Below, one piece after another: positions 38,344 through 48,571 of a stretch of 64,000 nt of DNA. The DNA is from an uncultured virus (IMG/VR IMGVR_UViG_2660237931_000002) (taxonomy: Duplodnaviria > Heunggongvirae > Uroviricota > Caudoviricetes), in IMG/VR virus record IMGVR_UViG_2660237931_000002, positions 1 to 64,000 of that record; one strand, given 5' to 3'. A program made the position numbers and the translations under genes. The notes beneath the pieces were generated by a model. That model was not told the DNA's origin. It made no database searches and saw only the letters and a program-made list of their open reading frames with translations. Each line of letters opens with the position of its first letter. Within the stretch, counting starts at the first letter, position 1.

Positions 38344-39304
38344 GTTATTTTCTTGTTGAATTCAGTCCCTGCCTTGCTTATACCCTACCCAAAAATGAGT
38401 AGGTTGGTTGTGATTAGAAAATGTTATGCAAGAATGTCTGATCCAGCTTCAGGTGACAAACTGTCATTGGAAGTACTTGTATCAGATGGTGGACTTAAGA
38501 TTTTATCTATTATTTTAATAAAGGAGTGGGACTCTCTCTCATGGTATAAAAGATAAGCAAGGTAAGTATATTTTACGAGGTGAACAGAATGCTGGGAATA
38601 TCAATCTTGTCAGAGATGACACGATTGATTACACTCTTTGGGTGGTTAATAATTACACCGATGGAAATGGTGATTACGATGAATCCTCCCCTATGCTTTG
38701 CGCATTGTGCGAGGGGCAGATACTCATTATCTAATGCAAAAATACTTTTATAAGAAAACCATTAAGGCTTGATGAGCTCAGGTTTGAATATAACTAATCA
38801 TCATACGCGCCTTATATGTTCGAAGGACATAACAACTCTTAGGTATCCTGTTTATGGATATCCTGGAAATGTGCTGCTGGTGGGCTTAGTTCTTGGAGTC
38901 TTTTGTCCAGCAGTTTCAGGTTATAAAAAACCCCGTGGAGTAAATCCGACAGATTGACGGGGTGCTGCAGGGGCAGCCAATGTAGGAGTATAGTCAGATT
39001 GCGGGATGTTTTTCTACTGGTTTTGAGAAAAAATGGAAGGCCAGATACTACAGGAAGTGGCTCATCCCTAAGCTCACAGGTAGAACGACGGACTTTGTCG
39101 TGGCAGAGCAAAGTCATTAGATAGTTTAGACAACACTCCGGATATAACAAGCGTAGCGGGTGTAAATCAGTTAACGGAGCTCAGCGGCTAAGGCATCAAG
39201 CATTCACTAAGTGGCTTTGATAATGCTATAGTTCGCCAGAAAGAACAGATTGCATGGTGTCATGCGATACAGCTCATATTTAGAACGTCAGGGTTAAGTT
39301 AGCG

Positions 39305-39493
39305 GTGAATATAACTATTAATAGTGGGTTTTTTGGTTATTTGCTTTTTTTATTGACTATGTGGCCAGTTTTTATAACGATGTGTCTAGCAATGTCTATA
39401 GCATTTTACGGAGTGCTAATGAAGAAGACTGCACTTGCCTGGCTGCTTTCTGCTTTATTTTTTGGCATATTTGGGGGGCTGTATGGGTATTAA
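39305..39493 (+). CDS. Small membrane protein moron
   Basis: 62 aa, two hydrophobic stretches. Confidence 0.5.
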   Translation: MNITINSGFFGYLLFLLTMWPVFITMCLAMSIAFYGVLMKKTALAWLLSALFFGIFGGLYGY

Positions 39494-39596
39494 CTTACTG
39501 ATATTGAGGTTTTTTTGAAGCCTGCAAGAATTCATTGCAGTCGTCATCCATCGAATTCATGTATGCTGATAAGGATTTTTAAAGGAAAAGGAATGG

Positions 39597-39821
39597 ATGA
39601 TGAATACCCAGAAGCTTCTGGATACATACATGTTAGTTGGTGCCGGTCTTTCTCGCGTCAAATATGAGATTTTCACGGGAGATGAAGGGTCATATGCATT
39701 TATTACGATTTATGCATATGAGCCTCATTTCCATATTAAGGGCTATGATTCCTTAAAGTTAGACGAAACTGTTGATGTCAGATCTCAGATCGAAGGGCAT
39801 TTCGCATATACCTACCAGTAG
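39597..39821 (+). CDS. Hypothetical moron
   Basis: AAGGA RBS; terminator AGCCCCGC-ttat-GCGGGGCT-T5 at ~39846. Confidence 0.65.
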   Translation: MMNTQKLLDTYMLVGAGLSRVKYEIFTGDEGSYAFITIYAYEPHFHIKGYDSLKLDETVDVRSQIEGHFAYTYQ

Positions 39822-39974
39822 CCAAAACCATATTTCTGAATCTACAGCCCCGCTTATGCGGGGCTTTTTATTGGGGTGAATATGGCATCAAGTTCACCCA
39901 AGTTCACCCTGGCATCATCCCTGTAACACAAAACGGTGTTAACGACTGCGTTATCACTAACTTCGGAAAAAGTT

Positions 39975-40337
39975 ATGCCTCCACGCGCTAAACGACCTTG
40001 CCGGCACAAAGGATGCACGGCAGTAACGAATGATGTCAGTGGGTTCTGTGAGATCCATCGGCAGCAACACGCCGGTGATGGCTGGCGTAACTATCAGCCC
40101 GGAAAAACTCGGCATGAACGTGGTTATGGTCGTCCGTGGGAAATTAAACGGGCCCGTATCATGAAGAGGGATAAATACCTTTGTCAGAACTGCAGGCGAG
40201 ACGGTATTGCCACGAAAGCTTCAAGTGTCGACCACATCATTCCTAAAGCTCATGGTGGTACCGATGATGACTTTAATCTGGAGTCATTGTGCTGGACCTG
40301 CCACAGCAAGAAAACAGCAACAGAGAGAACCCGATGA
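39975..40337 (+). CDS. Packaging-associated HNH endonuclease
   Basis: RGYG..W, RD..LCQ.C, VDHIIPK..GG.D...NL.SLC..CH..KT. Confidence 0.92.
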   Translation: MPPRAKRPCRHKGCTAVTNDVSGFCEIHRQQHAGDGWRNYQPGKTRHERGYGRPWEIKRARIMKRDKYLCQNCRRDGIATKASSVDHIIPKAHGGTDDDFNLESLCWTCHSKKTATERTR

Positions 40338-40606
40338 AGAGTTTCAAAATTGAATACGTTGATGGCGTTTTGACCGTTCTGGAGACTGATGGTCAGTCAC
40401 GAATGAATGAAGCCGTGCATGGCATCCATTTTGAGCATGTCCAGGGCGGCCGCCCACTGCTGAAACTGACGATTGCGCATGATATTGCACCGGCACCGGC
40501 TGCTGAGTCGGCCCAGGAACCTTTAGTGGGTGAGCTGGTACAGGATCAACAATCTCCGTTTCCCGGCGGTCGTCGTTCCCGCCATCGTAGGGGAGGTAAG
40601 CAATGA
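40334..40606 (+). CDS. Hypothetical phage protein
   Basis: ATGA overlap with HNH. Confidence 0.65.
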   Translation: MKSFKIEYVDGVLTVLETDGQSRMNEAVHGIHFEHVQGGRPLLKLTIAHDIAPAPAAESAQEPLVGELVQDQQSPFPGGRRSRHRRGGKQ

Positions 40607-40950
40607 TGTATAAACGCACGGATCTGACGCTCTCCATGTTCTATGCATCCAGCGCTGATGCAGACGGGAACAAAGTGGCTACGTTGACGATGCAGGTAAT
40701 TGCAGCAGAGGTTGGAGCCGTCCAGACCAGCCAGCTGCGATGTATAACCGATAGCGCGAAGAAAAAAACGTATAGCGTAGGTGAACAATCTGTCAGTAAT
40801 GGTTCCGATCCGTTGCTGGTCGCGATTGAGAATTACTGGCGTCAGAGCACGGATGTCGGTAAGCGTACAGCGTGAACCGTCTGGTCATAATCTGAAGCAT
40901 ACGACAAAGTGGTGTCCACCAAATAAGTAGTGGGAACCAAAGTGTCAGAT

Positions 40951-41328
40951 ATGCAGAAAAATATGACTCCCGGCAGGCGTAAAGGCTGCCCTAATTATTC
41001 TCCTGAGTTTAAACAGCAACTCGTTGCTGCCTCCTGCGAACCCGGGATATCCATCTCAAAACTGGCGTTTGAAAATGGCATTAATGCCAATCTGCTCTTT
41101 AAATGGCGCCAGCAGTGGCGCGAGGGAAAGCTGCTATTACCTTCCTCTGAGAGGCCTCAGTTACTTCCTGTGACTCTCGATGCCACCGCCGTACAACCAG
41201 AACCGCCCGCTGAGGACTCAGAGCTCAGCATCAGCTGTGAGGTAACGTTCCGGCACGGGACACTCCGCCTCAACGGCACTGTCAGCGAAAAGCTTCTGAC
41301 TCTGCTGATACAGGAACTGAAGCGATGA
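40951..41328 (+). CDS. tnpA: IS66 TnpA
   Basis: YSPEFKQQLV..GINANLLFKWR HTH. Confidence 0.9.
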   Translation: MQKNMTPGRRKGCPNYSPEFKQQLVAASCEPGISISKLAFENGINANLLFKWRQQWREGKLLLPSSERPQLLPVTLDATAVQPEPPAEDSELSISCEVTFRHGTLRLNGTVSEKLLTLLIQELKR

Positions 41329-41672
41329 TCCCGCTACCAACAGGCACCAAAATCTGGCTGGTTGCCGGTATTACCGATATGAGAAACGGCTTCAACGGGC
41401 TGGCTGCAAAAGTGCAGACGGCGCTGAAAGACGAACCGATGTCCGGCCATGTCTTCATCTTCCGGGGCCGCAGCGGCAGTCAGGTTAAACTTCTGTGGTC
41501 CACCGGCGACGGGCTGTGCCTGCTGACCAAACGGCTGGAGCGCGGGCGCTTCGCCTGGCCGTCAGCTCGCGATGGCAAAGTGTTCCTGACCCCGGCGCAG
41601 CTGGCAATGCTGCTGGAAGGCATCGACTGGCGACAGCCGAAGCGGTTGCTGACCTCCCTGACCATGCTGTAG
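41325..41672 (+). CDS. tnpB: IS66 TnpB accessory protein
   Basis: TDMRNGFNGL..KRLERGRFAWP. Confidence 0.93.
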   Translation: MIPLPTGTKIWLVAGITDMRNGFNGLAAKVQTALKDEPMSGHVFIFRGRSGSQVKLLWSTGDGLCLLTKRLERGRFAWPSARDGKVFLTPAQLAMLLEGIDWRQPKRLLTSLTML

Positions 41673-41721
41673 GCTTCTTTATCCTGGTTGTCGCAGAATA
41701 AGCCTGGTAAAATGCTGGCTT

Positions 41722-43260
41722 ATGAATGACATCTCTTCTGACGACATCCTTCTGCTGAAACAGCGCCTTGCCGAACAGGAAGCGCTGAACCGTGCCCTGC
41801 TGGAAAAGCTGGCAGACCGGGAGCGCGAAATAGACCATCTGCAGGCGCAGCTGGATAAACTTCGCCGGATGAACTTCGGCAGCCGTTCTGAAAAAGTCTC
41901 CCGCCGTATCGCACAAATGGAAGCCGATCTGAACCGGCTTCAGAAAGAGAGCGATACGCTGACCGGTCGGGTGGATGACCCGGCAGTACAGCGCACTCTG
42001 CGTCAGACCCGCACCCGCAAACCGTTCCCCGAATCACTCCCCCGCGATGAAAAACGCCTGCGGCCAGCGGGTTCCTGCTGCCCGGAGTGTGGTGGTGCGC
42101 TGAGTTACCTGGGTGAGGATGCCGCTGAACAGCTGGAGCTGATGCGCAGCGCCTTCCGGGTGATCCGGACTGTACGGGAAAAACATGCCTGCACAAAATG
42201 TGATGCCATCGTGCAGGCCCCCGCGCCTTCGCGCCCCATTGAGCGGGGTATCGCCGGACCGGGGCTGATGGCCCGCGTGCTGACCTCAAAGTATGCAGAG
42301 CACACACCGCTGTATCGTCAGTCTGAAATATACGGTCGCCAGGGCGTGGAACTGAGCCGTTCACTGCTGTCGGGCTGGGTGGATGCATGCTGCCGGCTGC
42401 TGTCCCCGCTGGAGGAGGCGCTTCAGGACTATGTCCTGACTGACGGTAAACTCCATGCCGATGATACCCCGGTCCAGGTGCTGTTGCCGGGCAATAAGAA
42501 GACGAAGACCGGGCGGTTGTGGACGTATGTTCGTGATGACCGCAACGCCGGGTCAGCGCTGGCACCGGCGGTGTGGTTCGCCTACAGCCCCGACAGAAAA
42601 GGCATCCATCCGCAGACCCATCTTGCGGGGTTCAGCGGTGTGCTACAGGCGGATGCGTACGCCGGGTTCAACGAGCTGTACCGCGATGGCCGGATAACGG
42701 AAGCCGCCTGCTGGGCTCACGCCCGCCGTAAAATCCACGATGTGCACGTTCGCACGCCGTCAGCCCTGACGGAGGAAGCCCTGAAGTGTATCGGCGAACT
42801 GTATGCCGTGGAGGCGGAAATAAGAGGAATGCTGGCGGAACAACGGCTTGCTGAACGTCAGCGGAAAACGAAACCGCTGCTTAGTACCCTGGAAAGCTGG
42901 TTGCGTGAAAAAATGAAAACTCTGTCGCGACACTCGGAGCTGGCAAAGGCGTTCACGTACACCCTGAACCAGTGGCCGGCCCTGACGTACTATGCAGAAA
43001 ACGGCTGGGCCGAAGCCGATAATAACATCGCTGAAAATGCGCTGCGGATGGTCAGTCTGGGTCGTAAAAACTGGTTGTTCTTCGGCTCAGACCACGGTGG
43101 TGAGCGGGGAGCGTTGCTGTACAGTCTGATCGGGACGTGCAAACTGAACGGCGTGGATCCAGAAAGCTACCTTCGCCATGTCCTTGACGTCATAGCTGAC
43201 TGGCCGGTCAACCGGGTCAGCGAGCTGCTACCCTGGCGCATCACACTGCCAACTGAATAA
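41722..43260 (+). CDS. tnpC: IS66 transposase TnpC
   Basis: FGSRSEK, HADDTP, LQADAY, CWAHARRK, DNNIAEN. Confidence 0.95.
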   Translation: MNDISSDDILLLKQRLAEQEALNRALLEKLADREREIDHLQAQLDKLRRMNFGSRSEKVSRRIAQMEADLNRLQKESDTLTGRVDDPAVQRTLRQTRTRKPFPESLPRDEKRLRPAGSCCPECGGALSYLGEDAAEQLELMRSAFRVIRTVREKHACTKCDAIVQAPAPSRPIERGIAGPGLMARVLTSKYAEHTPLYRQSEIYGRQGVELSRSLLSGWVDACCRLLSPLEEALQDYVLTDGKLHADDTPVQVLLPGNKKTKTGRLWTYVRDDRNAGSALAPAVWFAYSPDRKGIHPQTHLAGFSGVLQADAYAGFNELYRDGRITEAACWAHARRKIHDVHVRTPSALTEEALKCIGELYAVEAEIRGMLAEQRLAERQRKTKPLLSTLESWLREKMKTLSRHSELAKAFTYTLNQWPALTYYAENGWAEADNNIAENALRMVSLGRKNWLFFGSDHGGERGALLYSLIGTCKLNGVDPESYLRHVLDVIADWPVNRVSELLPWRITLPTE

Positions 43261-43604
43261 CACATCCCCGTCAATACGGTTCTCGCTGTACGCTTACGGA
43301 TGTCGTCGTTAAAGGATTGATCGCCGAGGTGACCGACTTCATCGCAGGGAACATCAACTCAGTTAGCACCTGGATTGGTCAGTTTGGGATGAAGGTTTTC
43401 GAGAACCAGCCATTAGATGAACGGCTTCCAGAAAGCGTACTGCAGGCCGATGGAGGATCTGCTACAGCGACAGGATCCTGACCGCCGGTATAACAACTGG
43501 TGTTCATTGAACGTCTGATATATGCCGGCCCACGCAGTGCGAACCATATTCGCTGCCGGCGCAGCCGGAATGACGACCTCCACCTCGACTGAGACAGCAG
43601 CAGC

Positions 43605-43700
43605 CAGGGGGGAGGGGGGAGCAAATCCCTGACCCCTTTCGCGCTTCGGGACTGCCCGTTGAAGTCTATTTTTACACGCCAGAAATAAGAAACTTTTTTC
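43605..43700 (+). other. Probable helper-phage cos region
   Basis: G-rich run GGGGGGGAGGGGGAG followed by T-rich tracts just before terS. Confidence 0.55.
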
Positions 43701-43730
43701 CGGAAGGTTTCATCTATCAAAGGAACGTTT

Positions 43731-44165
43731 ATGGCCGGAGGAATTCGATCGTCCGGTGGTGGCCGAAAACCCACTTTACCCACCGGGCAAAAAAGCAAAT
43801 TAACACGTATTGCGCCTCCTGCTGAGTTAATGGGGGAGGCGGCAATAAGAATGTGGAAGACGCAAAGCAAAATACTCATCGACCGAGGGGTGTTTGAGCT
43901 GGAGGACGCACCTTTGTTGCTGGCTTACTGCAATGCTTTTCATCTGATGCTCGAAGCCGAAAAAATGCTGGCCAGCGGACTGACCTCAGAAAGTGAAATG
44001 GGGGGGCTGAAAAAACACCCTGCAGTTAATGTCCGGAATGACTCGGTTTCCCAGCTTGCCCGCCTGGGCTCTCTGTTGGGGTTAGATCCGCTCAGTCGTC
44101 TTCGCATGACCAGCGGACAAAAGGATCCGGACGATGACGGGAATGAATTCGATGAGTTTGACTGA
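43731..44165 (+). CDS. terS: Terminase small subunit (P27 family)
   Basis: PP..L...A...W, L..YC, KKHPA, LGLDP.SR. Confidence 0.92.
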   Translation: MAGGIRSSGGGRKPTLPTGQKSKLTRIAPPAELMGEAAIRMWKTQSKILIDRGVFELEDAPLLLAYCNAFHLMLEAEKMLASGLTSESEMGGLKKHPAVNVRNDSVSQLARLGSLLGLDPLSRLRMTSGQKDPDDDGNEFDEFD

Positions 44166-44812
44166 TGGCAACCTATCCGAACGTCAATGCAGCGAACCAG
44201 TATGCGCGGGATATCGTTGGCGGGAAGATTCTGGCGTGTCAGTTAACGATACTTGCCTGTCAGCGACATCTGGACGACCTCGAACGAGCAAAGGATCCCC
44301 ACTGGCCCTACCGCTTCGATAAAAACAAAGCAGAACGATTTCTTCGTTTTGCCCAGAAAATGCCTCATACCTCAGGGGAATGGGCCCGGCGTAAACTCCG
44401 GATTGAATTTGAAGCCTGGCAGAAGTTCGCTCTTGGCGTACCGTTTGGATGGGTACACAAGAAGACAGGCCTGCGTCGTTTCTCTGAAATCTATATCGAG
44501 GTGCCCAGAAAGAACGGGAAATCCGCTATTGCCGCTGCTGTAGGAAATTATATGTTTTGTGCAGATGGCGAGCATGGTGCAGAAGTCTATTGCGGCGCCA
44601 CGACTGAAAAACAGGCATGGAAGGTATTTTCTCCGGCGCTGCAAATGGTGAAAAAGCTGCCGGCATTGCGGCAAAAATTCTCGATAAAACCCTGGGCAAA
44701 AAAAATGACGCGCCCTGACGGTTCGGTTTTTGCGCCTGTGATCGGTGACCCGGGGGATGGTGATTCGCCATCATGCGCCATCATTGATGAATATCACGAG
44801 CATACAACATAG
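44165..44812 (+). pseudogene. terL: Terminase large subunit, 5' part, cut at Walker B by satellite
   Basis: VPRKNGKS Walker [12 protein letters not shown] then TAG supplied by the satellite. Confidence 0.95.
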
Positions 44813-44926
44813 ACATTTCAGGGAGTCAGTAGTGTTCGCCATTGTACGTTAACATGATGAATAAAAAGATTTTTTATTGTTTTCATGTTCGGATGTGATC
44901 ACATGCGTTTTCCTTGTTACGGTTCA

Positions 44927-44949
44927 CTGTGTATTGCAGTGTGTATTGC
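44927..44949 (+). promoter_or_regulatory. Putative satellite integrase arm sites (left)
   Basis: CTGTGTATTGCAGTGTGTATTGC; near-identical copy at 61538. Confidence 0.75.
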
Positions 44950-44974
44950 TTTTGTGTTTGCAGAGAGTGAATAA

Positions 44975-46210
44975 ATGGCTGCGGAAAACAAACTTAGTGA
45001 CAGGCAACTAAAGGCGCTACAGGGTAAATCGCAGGATAAGCAGCGTCTGTTCTCCGATGGTCGGGGAATGTCGGTCAGGGTGAGTAAGAATGGTGCTGTG
45101 AGCTTTGTTATGTTCTACCGATTGGGCGGCAGGGAAACATCTCCGGTTTGGTTGACGTTGGGAAAGTACCCTGACATGTCATTGAAATTGGCTCGGGAAA
45201 AACGTGATGAATGCAGAACGTGGTTAGCGGAAGGGATTGACCCGCGTCACCGTATCGGCTTAATCACAGAAGAATCACAAAGACCGGTCACCGTAAAAGA
45301 TGCACTTAAGTATTGGCTGGAGTATTACGCCAAACCTAAGCGCAGAACTTGGGAGGTCTGCGAACAACGTTTTGCCCGTTATATTTATGGTCGCCTGGGT
45401 GACGTGCCCCTAACTCTTTGTAATGCAGCAATGTGGGTAAAGTGTTTTGATGAGGTGAGAAAAACCGCTCCAGTAGCTGCCGGGCATACATTTCGAGATG
45501 TGAAGCAGGCACTCAAGTTTTGCCGGGTACGCCGTTATGCTACTTCCAACGAACTGGAGGATTTCACCGTTATGGATATGGGTGAAAGGGCGAAAAAAAG
45601 GGATCGTGTACTTACTGCTGATGAAGTGCGGGACGTTTGGTATTGGGCAAATACTGAGGAAAATAATTCAAAATTATCTCCTGTTAACCGGGTGACGCTT
45701 GTCATTTTAATGGTATTTGGATGTCGCGGACGTGAATTGCGAGAGTCACTCTGGAATGAATGGGATTTTAAAGAGTGGATTTGGACAGTGCCCAAAGAAC
45801 ACAGTAAGAATGGGCGCGAAATTATCCGCCCAATCCCCCCGCAAATCCGTCAATGGCTGGTAAATCTTCGTGCAATTGCAGAGGAGGAGGGCACAGAGCG
45901 CCTACTTAATGGTGAATTTGCAAAACAGACAGTTATGAGCACCGTAGGTAGCCGTTTTTGGCGTAAGTTCCGGCATGAAAAATCATGGTGTCTGCATGAC
46001 CTTCGCCGGGTTCTTGCCACCAATCTAAATGACATGGGGGTTGATCCTCATGTTGTCGAACAGCTCTTGGGGCATACGCTACCGGGGGTTATGGGAATTT
46101 ATAATCGTAGCCAATATCTGGCGGCAAAACTTGATGCTTTGACGAGATGGGTAGACTACCTGAATTCGTTGATCCGTTCTGATGCTAAAGAGGGAAGTCC
46201 CAATGTATAA
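44975..46210 (+). CDS. int: Satellite tyrosine integrase (P4-like arm-binding domain)
   Basis: DGRGM..RV, LTLGKYPD.SL..AR, FGCRG.E, HDLRR, LLGH, Tyr in GIYNRS. Confidence 0.95.
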   Translation: MAAENKLSDRQLKALQGKSQDKQRLFSDGRGMSVRVSKNGAVSFVMFYRLGGRETSPVWLTLGKYPDMSLKLAREKRDECRTWLAEGIDPRHRIGLITEESQRPVTVKDALKYWLEYYAKPKRRTWEVCEQRFARYIYGRLGDVPLTLCNAAMWVKCFDEVRKTAPVAAGHTFRDVKQALKFCRVRRYATSNELEDFTVMDMGERAKKRDRVLTADEVRDVWYWANTEENNSKLSPVNRVTLVILMVFGCRGRELRESLWNEWDFKEWIWTVPKEHSKNGREIIRPIPPQIRQWLVNLRAIAEEEGTERLLNGEFAKQTVMSTVGSRFWRKFRHEKSWCLHDLRRVLATNLNDMGVDPHVVEQLLGHTLPGVMGIYNRSQYLAAKLDALTRWVDYLNSLIRSDAKEGSPNV

Positions 46211-46421
46211 ATTCATGAGTAAAGCAGAACTTGAACTGATACCAGATCTGGAACGCGTTATCCGAGAACCGGAATGTTTTTGGATGACTGGTCTGCCAAA
46301 ATCTACTCGTGCTTTTATGGAGAAAAAAGGACAGTTTCCAAAGCATCTGGTGCTGGGCCCTAAAATCTGTGCCTGGCGGCTTTCTGAAGTGCAAGAATGG
46401 ATAAAGACCAGAGCACAATAA
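46203..46421 (+). CDS. alpA: AlpA-family regulator/RDF 1
   Basis: RVIREPEC..TGL..ST....K.GQFPK...LG....AWRLSEV.EW. Confidence 0.88.
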   Translation: MYKFMSKAELELIPDLERVIREPECFWMTGLPKSTRAFMEKKGQFPKHLVLGPKICAWRLSEVQEWIKTRAQ

Positions 46422-46482
46422 ACTGACACTTTTCAAACCAGACCCGCTTATTCAGGCGGGTTTTTTTATAGGATTTTTGCTA

Positions 46483-46722
46483 ATGAAAAAATTTATTGAA
46501 CCAACCCCTGAGCAACGCCGGCAGTTACTGAACGAGTATGGTGTTCCATACGACCGTATTGTTCGTGAGAAAGAACGTCGTGATATCACCTCTCTATGTA
46601 GATCGTCAGCGTGGGAGATGGAGCAGAATGAGGCGTACCCGCAGCGACGTAAAATTGGTAAAGCGGGGGCAGGTTGGCTTCTCAGTGATCTGCTCCACTG
46701 GCTGAGAAACCTTGATAGGTAA
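46483..46722 (+). CDS. alpA: AlpA-family regulator/RDF 2
   Basis: DRIVREKE...ITSL.RS..W.ME....P.R..IG....GWLLSD. Confidence 0.85.
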   Translation: MKKFIEPTPEQRRQLLNEYGVPYDRIVREKERRDITSLCRSSAWEMEQNEAYPQRRKIGKAGAGWLLSDLLHWLRNLDR

Positions 46723-46787
46723 ACTTCAGGCATTACAACTTCACGCTACTTTAAGGGAAAGAGGCAATCCTCAAAACAAGATTAGCC

Positions 46788-47019
46788 ATGATCAAAAATT
46801 GTAGTTGTTGATAAAAATGGTCTCGAGTACATTCCTAACATTGACCGTATAATCCGTGAGAAAGAGTGTAGGGAACTCACTACTCTTGCGAACAGTACGC
46901 ACTGGAAGCTGGGGAGGGGAGGGAAGTTCCCTAAACGGATCAAGATCGGGGCTGCAGCAGGAGCTTATCGCCTCTCTGAAGTGCAGGCCTGGATTAGAGC
47001 AGATAACTGGATAAGTTGA
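46788..47019 (+). pseudogene. AlpA-family copy 3, frameshifted right after ATG
   Basis: ATG-A-TCA.. then SKIVVVDKNGLEYIPNIDRIIREKECRELTTL..FPKRIKIG..YRLSEVQAWI. Confidence 0.75.
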
Positions 47020-47033
47020 ATAAGGAGAATTTT

Positions 47034-47864
47034 ATGACGATGTGTGTTTTTTGGAAAGATAAAGATAATAATATTCATATAGCAACTGATTCTCGGCTAA
47101 ATAATGACTCATCGGCTCTCGATCATTGTTTGAAAATATCTAGACTTAATTGTGAAATACACGAGTGCAATGATATAAGTGGTGGTGATAAGGTTTTTAT
47201 AAAAAATATTAAGCTTGCCATTTCTTTCTGTGGCGGGTTTGTTAGTGCTTACACGATTAAAGAGAGTTTAACTGAAATACTAAATAAAATGGTCCTTGTT
47301 CCTGACTCGTCTAATATTTCAATGGATTTGATAACTGATGTGGCCTTGACGGTTTATGAGAAAGTAATAAGAGATGCAGTTCAATATTTTATCGGTAAAG
47401 TAGGAGCTTGTAATTTTTACATAGCTGGATTTTGTCCTATTTCTAATGAAGTAGAAATGTATAAGTTGGGTGTTAGAGAACATGATTCTCAGACAGGGTT
47501 TGATTGCTTCAAAGAAAAATGCTTCCAAGATACTGATTATATTATAGATGGCAGCGGTGCGGGTTTTTTAGAACAGACTGACTCATTAGATAATCATTAT
47601 CTTAAAGCGTATCGTATTAACAATCAAAAACCATTGCTAGATTTATTACTTTCTGTAATTGAAGATGAAGGTTGTGCTTCTGTTGGTGGGGCTATACAAT
47701 ACGCAAAATGTGAACATGATAATATCATTATACATGCAATGTATGATCATAAAAATGGCGCCGTGAGATATATGCGTGGTGGTGTTGATATTAATGAGTT
47801 AATTGGTGATTATGCTGCGCGTGGAGTGGTATTTGAAACAAATATGATTGGGAAATTAAGATAA
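47034..47864 (+). CDS. Proteasome beta-subunit/HslV-like Ntn threonine protease
   Basis: AAGGAG RBS, M-T start, DSR, Lys33 (mature numbering), GSG, SVGG. Confidence 0.75.
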   Translation: MTMCVFWKDKDNNIHIATDSRLNNDSSALDHCLKISRLNCEIHECNDISGGDKVFIKNIKLAISFCGGFVSAYTIKESLTEILNKMVLVPDSSNISMDLITDVALTVYEKVIRDAVQYFIGKVGACNFYIAGFCPISNEVEMYKLGVREHDSQTGFDCFKEKCFQDTDYIIDGSGAGFLEQTDSLDNHYLKAYRINNQKPLLDLLLSVIEDEGCASVGGAIQYAKCEHDNIIIHAMYDHKNGAVRYMRGGVDINELIGDYAARGVVFETNMIGKLR

Positions 47865-47865
47865 A

Positions 47866-48405
47866 ATGAAAGATATAGATGGTGTTCATAAACTTTTGGA
47901 GGTGATGAAACCTCACATGAGCAGTATTGAGAAACGTTTTGCAGAAATGAATGATATGTTTCTTGGTCTTATGAATCAACCTCACGATAATATTGGAAGG
48001 GTTTTGAAATGCCATCTTATAATTGAGCACTTTTTGACTGGTTTTCTGCATAATTATTATAAAATTGAAAGGCTTGATAATCTCAAGTTGCGTTTTGCTC
48101 AGAAAGTGGAAATTATCCCTAGAGCCGGTGAAAGTGCTTCTTTTGTTAGGCCGGGGATCATCCAATTAAATAAAATTAGAAACAAATTTAGCCATGACTT
48201 AAGTTCTAGCATCCAAAAACATGATATTTCTGCAATTTATGAAGTGCTAACTATAGCAAGAAGAAAAAGCACATTCGATGATCCGATAGAAGCAATAGAA
48301 GCATTCACACCAATTGCATGCGCTTTTCTTTCTTTACCGCCACCAGAGTTGCAAAAAGTTTTCATAGAGGCATTCACATCAATCTCAACCTACGATCCTG
48401 AATAA
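47866..48405 (+). CDS. HEPN-like (MtlR-type) protein
   Basis: HLIIE..L, F.QK, LNKIRNKFSH (R-x4-H). Confidence 0.7.
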   Translation: MKDIDGVHKLLEVMKPHMSSIEKRFAEMNDMFLGLMNQPHDNIGRVLKCHLIIEHFLTGFLHNYYKIERLDNLKLRFAQKVEIIPRAGESASFVRPGIIQLNKIRNKFSHDLSSSIQKHDISAIYEVLTIARRKSTFDDPIEAIEAFTPIACAFLSLPPPELQKVFIEAFTSISTYDPE

Positions 48406-48571
48406 TTCCTAAAATAGATAATTATCTATCTTTGTGCTCCCGGCAGTGTTACCAGCACTAGCCGGGTTTCTGATCAAACCGTTACTTGAGATAACAATTA
48501 CTGCTACTCAACAGTCTATCCACACTCACCCTCAATCATGCTGGTGGTTCATTAACATACGAACACTTGGA

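Larger units (their letters stand above)
40859..43297 (+). mobile_element. IS66-family insertion sequence (2439 bp)
   Basis: IRs GTAAGCGTACAGCG(T/A)GAACCGT; 8-bp duplication GGATGTCG at 40851 and 43298. Confidence 0.97.
40603..43481 (+). pseudogene. Phage gene split by IS66
   Basis: ..WRQSTDV| resumes VVKGLIAEVTDF..ATGS* after 43305 when one target duplication is removed. Confidence 0.85.

Noticed and set aside
41325..41672. RNA-guided TnpB nuclease
   Set aside because: This is the 115-aa IS66 accessory protein, unrelated to IS200/IS605 TnpB.
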